This document shows, piece by piece, positions 54,470 through 64,000 of a stretch of DNA of 64,000 nucleotides. A program made the position numbers and the translations under genes. Positions within the stretch are counted from its first letter, which is position 1; every line of letters begins with the position of its first letter. The stretch is from Eledone cirrhosa. Its lineage: Eukaryota. The stretch lies in NCBI GenBank assembly GCA_964016885.1, contig OZ024741.1:396862001-396926000 (forward strand). Direction: 5' to 3'. Below the pieces are notes generated by a model. It worked only from the letters and a program-made list of their open reading frames with translations, searched no databases and had not been told where the DNA came from.

Positions 54470-57407
54470 CTGGAAGCTGAACGCGTCTTTCCCGGCGCGC
54501 AAAGCTTACAGAGACCGGATAAGCGAATTAGTTAAGCGTGCGTTGACGGGTGCGATCGTCAACAACAGGTGGTGGTTTACCCTGAAAAGGGCAATTAGAG
54601 TAGAATCGATAAAGTTTAGCAAAGGAGTAGTGATAGGGGAAAATAGAGTAGAGGGAGAGTTAGTTAGAAAGCTAGAAGGGGCGTTTAGGATAGGCATCGC
54701 AACCGACGTGCTTGCGGCAAGATTGGCATTCGACCAATTCTTCAATGCAAAACACGAAGGCTGCGTTGTCAGGGCTAGAGCGCGTGCTCTAAGACACGAC
54801 GGGGCGAAACCGTTAAATGGGCCCGGGTGGTGGAGGCGCGACGTGGCAACAAGTCCACAATTCGATCTTTGCCTGATCAAAATGGGCACATGCTGCTCGA
54901 ACCCGAGCAGATGTGTGCGGCAGTTCAACAGCACTTTGTTCAATTGTTCGGGAGCGGCGGTGGGCCGGTTCGGAGTATGGACTTCGGTGCATACCTCGAC
55001 GGACTGCCGCGGCTCTCGACCACCGCAACGCAGTGCTGCGAAAAGCCGACAACAGCAGGTGAAATACGGTAAGCTCGAGGGGGTAAATCGCCAGGTTTGG
55101 ATGGTCTGCACTACGAGCTTTATGCGTATATCCCAGACTTGTTCGGCGATCTCTTGGCAGATGTCTACTGCAACTGGCAGCAGAACGGGAGCATTCCCAG
55201 TTTTGTGAGCCGCGGAGCGGTGGAGCTGCTGAGAAAAGACCCGAACAAGGGGGACGTTATAGACCACTTCAGGCCCATAACTCTGCTAAACGCAGAGTTT
55301 AAGATTTTGACCAAGGTGTTAGCAAAGAGATTGGCGCTTGTCGTCAGTGATCTGGTGGGAGAGGTGCAGAGATGCGCCATTCTGGACAGATCCATCCACG
55401 ACAACCTCCATCTCATGCGATACATCATAGAGAGGGTGGTTAAGGAACCTGACACAGGTGGGGACCTGATAAACTTGTATCAATCTAAAGCATTTGGTAG
55501 GGTCGACCATCGGTACCTGGCTGCCGTCCTCGAGGTGGCCGGCTTCGGGCCCGTTTTAAGGGCTGGATCGCTGCGATGTACATCGACATCTGCTCGATTG
55601 TGAGGGTGAATGGTCATATGTCGCATTCAGCATCATGCGCTCGGTCCGCCAGGGTTACCTCCTCTCGTTCCTCTTGTACATACTGGCCGTCGAGCAGTTA
55701 CCGCACAAATTGGAGACGATGAGAGGGGTCTCATGCGAACTGGGATGCGGGATATCCGTAAAAGCTTACGCCGACCACGTCACCGTGGTGGTGTCGAGCA
55801 CCAAACACGTCAAGATTCTCGGCACCGCTCTCAAGGAATACGAAGCGGTGACAGGAACAAAGATAAACCAGGAAAAGCCGGTGGTCTTGCAACTCGGCAG
55901 CTGGAGAGGCAAGTCCATGCCGTCTGACAGCGTCGTGGGGCGCTGGTCGGAAGGACTGGTTAAATTGCTCGGGGTCTGGTTCGGTTCAGACCTCCTGATG
56001 GAGAAAAACTGGAGCGAGGTGACGAGCATGGTGGCATCTCTTGCCCAGAAATGGCCCGAGAGGAGGCTGTCTCTGAAAGGTCGGGCGGAGGTGGCAAATG
56101 CGTACATCGCGTCCGTTATCTGCTACCGCCTGACCGTCGTACCTTGCCCCCGCCCAACTCTGACCAAAATAAAGCGCCTTCTCTTGTGGAAGGGACGTGC
56201 TCCCATGGTCAGATGATCCATTTGCTGTCAACACCCGTTGCGTGGAGGACTAGGCATGCTGTGGCTGATGATGCGCAAACATGCGCTGAGACTGCGACAT
56301 CTCTGGTGCTTCCTTGACGGTGAACAGGTGTGGTCGCCGTTTGCCAGACGCGCTCTGCCCCAGCTCGCCTTCTTGACGGAGTTGCAGTCCTGGATCAGGA
56401 AAAGACCGAGGGATAGCGCTTGGAAGTTAGAATGTCTCCAGGTGCTCACCGCCCTCTACCGGCTGAGCACTAGTATCGGTGGAACATCCACCTTGGCGTT
56501 CTATAGAGGACTAGTGGAGGGAAAGAGCGACGACGTTCTCGGGGAGACCCTGGATATCGAAGACGATCAGCTGTTCGCTCTCTTCAACAGAACTTTCAGA
56601 CCGGAGCCTATGGACAACTTCCAGAAATCCCTGGCCTGACATTGCTACCGGAAGGCATTGCCGGTTCGGGTAAATCTCTGCAGGCACGGAGGTGCTGTCA
56701 GCCGAGCCTATCCGAGTTGCACGCAGGACGGCGAAACCGTCCTGCACGCACTCGTTCAGTGCCCGAGATTTGCTGACTTGTGGAGCTATGTCGAACAGCT
56801 GCTGTCGCGTGTAGGACGAATCCGGTTATCGACTGAGTCCATTGTGCTGATAGCCCCGCCACCCTTCTTTAAAGAGGAGGAAGGGCAGGCAGTTTTCATC
56901 TGCCTGGTGGCCATGGCGAAAGAGATTGTATGGTGGACAAGGTTAAAAGGGTGGAAGACGGACACTTTCGTCTCCAGCTAATCCCTGATTAACCTTTTCA
57001 CGTTTCACTTGAAGAGGAAAATCAGAGTGGAGAGGCAAGTGCTGTCTTCTAGCAAGTTTGTTGAAAGGTGGGTCAAAGTGACGTGTCTGGTCCGAACGGG
57101 CCCGCTCTGTGTATGCGCCTGTAGACTGAGGAGTGGGAAAACTGAGAGAGGGCGCTTGTCCTGGTGGTCAGGGTGGCCGTGGCCTTTTGCGTGGTTTTCG
57201 CCACGAGTGACCCTCGGAGGTTTCCTCCTTTTAGGGGAATTTTTGGTTGTTTGAATTTTTCTTGATTTCTAGCCCGATTTCTATCTTGTTATAACCTGTT
57301 TACACGACCAAAACCCACTTTGTATCGTCCTGTACTGTTATGTGCCGTCTCTAATGTTTTTCTTCATGTTAACCCTTGTGGCCAATAAAGAAACCATTAA
57401 TATTATT
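54470..57407 (+). mobile_element. L1/Tx1-type LINE ORF2 (RT + zinc finger), frameshifted, APE region missing
   Basis: FRPITLLNAEFKILTKVLAKRL, KAFGRVDH, SVRQG..LS.LLY, AYADHV and ETVLHALVQC. 3' tail CCCTTGTGGCCAATAAAGAAACC(ATT)n. Confidence 0.93.
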
Positions 57408-57408
57408 A

Positions 57409-57660
57409 CTAGCAGAAAAACCACCCGAAGGGTTGTTTTCTGCTAGCATGTGTAGTGTGTATATAGATATTATACGCAAGTATATATACATGTAGATATG
57501 ATACGTCAAATAAAATCGTAATTGACAATATACACAGAAATTGAACGAAGACTGCGTTACATTGTCTTATGTAATCAGTAACGTAATCCATGATACATTA
57601 AAAAGACGATATTATATATAAACTGCATTAGGAGAAAATTAGTGACGGAAATATATGCCG
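57409..57660 (-). mobile_element. Helitron-like 3' part (paralogue of 6085-6332)
   Basis: Reverse-complement match, including the CTAG hairpin. Confidence 0.6.
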
Positions 57661-58268
57661 AACACCTGGTGTCACGTGTAGAACGGATCCGGCTACCAGC
57701 TGAGTCCATCGTGAAGATTGCCCCGCCACCTTCCTTTAGTCGACAAGGACAGGCAGTTTTTATCTGCCTGGTGGCGATGGTAAAAGAGATTGTATGGTGG
57801 ACATGTCTGAAAGAGTTGATGACCGGTACTTTTCTCTTCGGTGAGGCCCTCATTAACTTTTTCAGATTTCACCTGAAGAGGAAAATCAGGGTGGAGAGGG
57901 AAGTGCTGACCTCCAGCCAGTTTGTTGAAAGGTGGGTGAGAGAAGCAAGAATGTCCTGTGTGAATGGGTCTACCCTGAGCGTGTGCCTGTAGCATCGTAG
58001 GAGGAAAACTGGAAGAGGGAATTTGCCATAGCGGTCAGGGTAGCCGTGGCTTTTCTTGTGGGCCTTCTCTACGAGCAACCCTCGGAGGTCTCCTCCCTTT
58101 TGGGGAATTTTTCATTGTTTCCTTTTGTCACACTCTGTTTTTTTTTTTTTTTACACGCAGAAATGCCCATTTGTATTGTCCTGTGTTGTCCTGCGTTGTC
58201 CTTAATGTTATACTGTGTCAACCCTTGTGGTTAATAAAGAAAGCATTATTATTATTATTATTATTATT
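57655..58268 (+). mobile_element. Second 5'-truncated copy of the L1/Tx1 3' end
   Basis: Aligns to 56790-57407 (ESIVKIAPPP...QAVFICLVAM.KEIVWWT). Same tail and (ATT)n. Confidence 0.88.
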
Positions 58269-61200
58269 GTTCTTTGAATCTCAGTCATTGGTGTTATTTA
58301 ACTGGAAAGTTTGTTGAAATGAATATCAAGCCACTACCTGTAGCCTCAGATATTCAGGACGTATCGGAGGGTTCTTGCTGTTCCCAGCAAGCATGCCTTT
58401 TGAAGCGTTCCAAAAAGCGTGGCGGGGCCAATTTTCTTTAACCATCCCTGGAAACTTTTTGAGATAGTACCTAGTGCGCCTATGACAATCGGCACTTTGA
58501 CTTCATGGCAGTTCCAAATCCTTTTTACCTCCCACTTTAAGTCCTGGTATCGGTTAATTTTCTCACTCTCCTTCTCTTGCACTCTCGTGTCGAATGGGCA
58601 GGCCACATCCAGAATCAGGCACGATATTTTTTCTTTGTCCAAAACCACCAGGTCAGGTCTATTGTGTTCCAGTTTCTTGTCCGTCTGTATCCTAAAATCC
58701 CATAGCACCTTCACCTGATCGTTTTCTATCACCGACTCTGGCTTATGCTCATACCACTTCTCAGAATGTGGTAAATTGTTTACTTTGCATAGGTGCCAGT
58801 GGATCACCCTGCCCATCACATCATGTCTCCAGCCCTTATAGTGAGTCTGGGCTAGGTGTTTACACTCGGATACAATGTGAGCCACAGTCTCCTCTCTCTC
58901 TCTCTCCACAGATCCTGCACAGTGGGCTAGCCTCCTCCTTGTAAATATGGTGTTTCACCCACTTCGTTTTGAGGGCCTGCTCTTGCGCAGCCATTAGCAT
59001 TCCTTCTGTAGTCTTTTTAAGGTCTCCTCTTTTTAACCAGTTCCATGTCTGTGGATCTCTAAATTCCGTTTTCTTATAGAAGGTACTATGAAGGGATTTT
59101 TCACGAAGGTGCCTCTTCCTCCTTGTTGTTATTTCCTCCTTGGACATCCTCTGGTCTATTGTCTTCTCCTTCAGTACAATTTTGAGCATTGGCTCCCTAC
59201 TGTCAGTCACGTATTTGTGCAGGTTGTTTTTCTCCATCTGAACACAGTGCTCTATGCTGATAAGACCTCTTCCACCTTTAGATCTCTTTAAGTAGAGTCT
59301 ATCGACATCACTCCTCTTGTGGAACATGTTGTAGATAGTCAATAGCTTCCTAGTCTTCCTATCCATTTCTTTTTGTTCAGCAACATTCCATTTCAGAATT
59401 CCTGCACTGTACCTATTAATAGATACAGCTCGGGAATTCACTGCACTTATGACATTCCTACTATTTAGATGTGATTTTAATACGCTCCTTACTCTCCTTA
59501 TGTACTCAGATCTTATCAATTCCTTCATTTCTTTCTGTTCTTGATGTCATCTGCCCCCAGAACACCTAAATATTTGTATCCTTCTTCAGTGTCAATTTCC
59601 TTTATCATCTCACCTGTTGGTACCTGGATTCCGTTGCTTCTGCTCAATTTACTCCTCTTCATCACTAGGACGCCACACTTATTTAACACCAAATTCCATA
59701 CATATATCATTGCTGAAAATACGGACAGTGTCAACACGTACATCCAACTCCTACTCACTCTTCCCAAAGAGTTTAAAATCGTCCACGAAGAGGTGGTTGA
59801 TGGTAAGCTCTCCTTTTCCCAACTTGTATCCTGCTCTCACTTTTCGCAATATAACGGTCAGGGGTATCAGGGCAAGGACAAACAGCAGAGGGGACAAACT
59901 ATCTCCCTGGAAACCTCTCTTGATCTTCACGCCTCCCAAGGATTCTCCACCCGATGTTAACTCTGCTTCCCAGGACTTCATACTTTTGCTCAACAACTGT
60001 CTGATGTTATCTGTCACCTTGAAGATCTCTAGGCTTTTGGCTATCCAAGAATGAGGTACCATGTCAAATGCCTTTTTGTAATCTATCCATCACATGGCAA
60101 GACCAGTGTGTCTGCTCTTGCTATTCCTCATTACCATCTTATCAATAAGTTACTGGTCTTTTGTACCACGGGACTTCTTTCGGCATCCTTTCTGTTCGTC
60201 CGGTAACAAGTTGTTTGTGTGGAGGTGATGGTAGATTTCCTCAGAATTCGACATTATGGACAGGCATGTGATAGGTCTATAGTTGGTAACATCATTACCT
60301 TTGATTCGGTCTTTCATTACCAGAACTGTGGTACCTTTTGTCAACCACTGTGGTACCTTTTGTCAACCACTCTGGTACCTCACCCGACATCAAGCAGTCA
60401 TTGAACATGGTTGTCAGTTTCGGGTGGAGGGATGTTATATTTTTAATCCAATACCATCTAGGCCTGGTGATTTCCAGTTGGTTAGTTTTTTGGCCTGCCC
60501 TTCAAGAGTTTCAACTGTGATACTCAAATCAGGTTGTTGGTGTGCCTGTTCACTAATCTCCTTTTGTACTGTCTCAATCCACACTGCCTGACTATTATGT
60601 TCAACATCCTGCTCCCATATTCCTCTCCAGAATGTCTTAGTTTGTTCCTCCTCAGGGATCAAGTCGTTGACTCTTTCTTTCCCTTCAAACTGTCCAAACA
60701 ACATCTTCTGGTTGTTGTCAAACATGCGGTTCTGTCAAACATGCGGTTCTATACTGACTGATTCTGTTCTCATACCGCCTAATCTTTGCACTTTTTTCTA
60801 CAATGCGTTGCTTCAGTTCCTCTATGATAATATTTAGCTTTTTCCCCCTAGTTTTGTACTTTATTTCCAATCTATTTTTAGTGTCTATGTTTTGTAATGT
60901 CCCATTCAGTAGGGACTCAAGCTTTCCAATGTCTTTTCTCATTTCCTTGATTTGACCATTCAGTCGTTTCTTCCACCAAAGTTCTGATCTTTCTTGTTTG
61001 TTGTTTCCTCTCGTTTTTATGTCAAGTAATTTCCTCACCGCATTTGCTGTTGCTTTGAGGATATTGTTGCATTGGTGAAGGTTCCTCGCCTCAAGGTATG
61101 GGTTGACTTTGTTTACCTTAGCTGTTGTTTCTTTTAACTTTTTCCTGTCTACAAATCTTAGGTTCATAAGTTTTCCACTATCATTGTTCATTTCATCTAC

Positions 61201-61870
61201 CACTAAGTTCAGGATATCAACCAAATCTTGTCCTAGCCCGTCAGCATTCATTTCCTCAATGGCCGTATCTTTGTTCCAGATGTTATTTATTTCAGCATTC
61301 AGATCATTGTCTGCTTCGGATACTTCCTAAGGTCTCTCAACCTCTTCACCTTCATTTCCCACTGGCTCGTTTGCCTGACATACTCCACTCTCCATTTCGA
61401 ACTTAATCTCTCTGCTCAGTTCCTCCAGTCCCAACTCGCTTATCCATCCATTAGTTCTTATTACCCGAGCCTGCCCGGCCAATTTTTGTTCATCTAATTT
61501 AAATAGACCAATCTCGTTCCAGATGTTGTGCATCCGTTTCCTATAGCCTTTTTCCATGGGGTTACTCTTCAGGTAACATTCCATGACAGTTCTATACAAT
61601 TCTTTCGTCCAGTTGGTTCTTGTCCCTTTCTTTCTTCTTCCTCTATCACCAGCAGTATTTGGATGACAGCCAGGTCCCTGCGGCTGGGCCAGGGAGCACT
61701 TGCTGGTTGAGAGTCTTTCACATGATGTTCCCCTTCACCGTTATTCGAACTGTTTAGGTTCGACATTTAAACACTTATATCGAGGATTGGTGAATGTATG
61801 GTTACATAACCACCGGTGATTTCATCACCCCCGGTGATTTTAGCGTGGCACCATCACGCTGTAGACGAAC
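58269..61870 (-). mobile_element. R4/Dong-type non-LTR retrotransposon (RT + CCHC + REL), degenerate
   Basis: YRPITCL, FQGDSLSPLLF, HLFVDDFKL, CRICG..ETVAHIVSEC, RHD and NRPDLVV..DVACP..EK..RY. The 3' end abuts (TAA)n. Confidence 0.92.
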
Positions 61871-62049
61871 ATAAATAAATAAACAAATAAATAGATAAAA
61901 ACTTTAAAAAATAAACATAAGTTTCATTGTAATGTTTGAATGTCTGACTTAGTTTTTTTTTTTTTCTCCCTTTTTGTTTTTCAAGACCAGTAACATCGGT
62001 TACTAGTGTTGTTGTTGCTGCTGCTTTTGATTTTAGCTACGAGGGACGT

Positions 62050-62395
62050 CTGAGTGTTCAAATCCCGCCGAGGTTAACTTTGCCTTTCATCCTTACGGGG
62101 TCGTCGATAAAATAAAGTACCAGTAATGTACTGGGTAATTGATGGCCTTGTGCCAAAAGTAGAAACAATTATTATTATTATATTATATTAAAGGGCGGTG
62201 GATTGGCAGTATCGGTAGAGGGTCGGACGCCATGCTTTGCAGCAAAGATTTACGGCCCTTTATGATCTGAGTTCAAATCCAGCCGAGGTTAACTTCGCCT
62301 TTCATCCTAACGAGGTCGATAAAATAAAGTACCAGTAATGCACTGGGATGATTGCTGGCCTTGTGCCAAAAGTAGAAAGAATTATTATTATTATT
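62050..62395 (+). mobile_element. Two tandem tRNA-derived SINE copies
   Basis: Same family, each ending GGCCTTGTGCCAAAAGTAGAAA..(ATT)n. Confidence 0.85.
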
Positions 62396-62410
62396 TGACA
62401 TCGTTTAAAC

Positions 62411-62570
62411 CACAGGTTCTCAACCCATTTAGGCCAACCCATTTTTGTCCCTCAAAATCACGAAACGCCCCCTACCCTATTTTTCCATTTTTCAATATAC
62501 TTTTGATATCAGTCGATTACTAAAAATAAAAAAAAATAAAAATAAATAAATAAAAATAAAAAATAAAAAA

Positions 62571-62613
<43 letters not shown>

Positions 62614-63660
62614 AAAAAAAATAAAAAAAAATTGTTTGTTTGCTTCGTAACAATAGCATATCCAAGTTTTTGGATAAATCAAATTACTTTAACTTTGACC
62701 TCATTTCAATGGAACCCTTGAGCTTCATGGAGTCTAGCTAACTCTTTGACGTGAGGCTGAATTTTCGTAAGATGTAGCCAGAGATCTCCATATGTAATTA
62801 CATTGTAGCGGTTGCGAGACTTACTGTGCAGTCTGGAAACAGCACCAAACCTCTTCTCGACTAAGTATGAGCTTGGACAAGACAGAGCAAATCTCTTAGC
62901 CTCTGCATGTAGATGTGGAAATCGACGCTGAATTTCCTCTTGCATCCAAAAAAGGGGTTCACCTATTTTAGGAAATCTAATTTTGATCATGTCATCTGTT
63001 TGAAGTTCAATGAATTCTTCCTGAAATTTAACGTCCAAATTGTCGACAGTAGCTATGAAGGAATCTGCTATCCACATTGGGATGTCCATCGGCTAAAGGT
63101 CAACAAACCGTTCTCTTGTAGCGAAGATAGGTGAGTATTATAAATTTGGAGTTGGTCATCGCTTACAATGTTTTGAACATTGGCGACACTCGCAAAATTA
63201 TAGAATTCCCGTCAACAAAGATCCTTTCGATGACATTCAATTTGGCCAGGAATGTTTTCACAGCACTACTTGCTTTAAGCAAGGTGATCTTCTTCCCCTA
63301 CAAAGCCATAATGACGCTATTGCATTTGTCGAAGATGTCGGCGAGGTAGGCACAGTCTTACCTAACATCAAGGGTTTTCTTGTACAGTTCTCTGTTGCGT
63401 CCTCGAAGAAATTCAATGATAGAGTCGAACAGTTCAAAGAAGTGAGTAAGGCACTTGCTCTTTAAAAGCCACCTCACTTCAGTATGAAGGAGCAGCTTGA
63501 CGAATTCTTTGTCATTATCATGGCACAGTTGCCGGAAAATTTGTTCATTGAGGGATGGCGTTTGATAAAATTGATGACATCAATGGCCACCTGCAAGGAC
63601 TTGCTCAGCGGCTCGCTGAGTTTCTTCGCAGCCAAGTGTTGTCAATCAATTACACAATGA
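62411..63660 (-). mobile_element. hAT (Buster/Charlie-like) transposase relic with one terminal repeat
   Basis: HCVI..QHLAAK, LLHTEVRWL and dimerisation motif PSSYLVE..F.A......K.RNR. Terminus CACAGGTTCTCAACC at 62411. Confidence 0.85.
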
Positions 63661-63734
63661 GAACAAATATAGATAGATTTTCTCTCTTCGTTGGCGGACT
63701 ATTGTTCTTGCGTCGTTCGTAGCACATGATACAA

Positions 63735-64000
63735 TGTGTGTTGTATGTGGTCCTAGATGTATGTATTACTTGCCTGTGTGTTGTATGTAGTCCTAGGTGT
63801 ATGTACTACCTGATTATGTATTGCATGTGGTCCTAGCTGTATGTATTACCTGCTTGCGTGTTGTATGTGCTCCTAGATGTGTGTATTACCTCCTTATGCG
63901 TTGTATGTGGTTCTAGATGTATGTATTACCTGATTATGTGTTGTATGTGGTCCTAGACGTTTGTATTACCTGATTATGTGTTGTATGTGGTTCTAGATGT
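63735..64000. repeat. 40-bp minisatellite running off the window
   Basis: Unit TGTGTTGTATGTGGTCCTAGATGTATGTATTACCTGATTA. Confidence 0.93.

Noticed and set aside
54543-56449. Alternative-frame and antisense ORFs over the LINE
   Set aside because: By-products of GC-rich, frameshifted RT sequence with no independent motifs.

Overview
AT-rich, microsatellite-dense animal genomic DNA. The SINE repertoire looks octopod-cephalopod-like (inference). Almost all ORFs in the supplied track are microsatellite or repeat artefacts. The real gene is a minus-strand, multi-exon secreted cysteine-rich protein. I could join seven GT-AG exons in matching phase (51873-51788, 24383-24183, 19126-19065, 17362-17258, 9787-9614, 6583-6366, 2809-2701). 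They encode signal peptide, EMI-like, EGF, TB-like and the start of a VWD domain (SCO-spondin/otogelin/mucin/vWF superfamily), and the gene appears to continue off the left edge. Its introns hold tRNA-derived SINEs, non-autonomous Helitrons, two deleted mariners, CRE/CR1/RTE fragments, a 6.5 kb satellite and several Penelope-like elements (PLEs). An L1/Tx1 element, a Dong/R4 element and a hAT relic lie upstream of the gene. The most unusual signal is a population of short PLE-derived elements sitting in (TA)n tracts. Together they give about 15-20 type I hammerhead-ribozyme motifs, including U3-A8 core variants, and a circularly permuted ~420 bp retrozyme-like family. Several are fold-back (palindromic) elements whose apex recurs at the same site, one family at the ribozyme stem II. 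One fold-back carries clustered A-to-G changes on the same strand in both arms, resembling fossilised ADAR editing. All calls are by eye; no searches were run.
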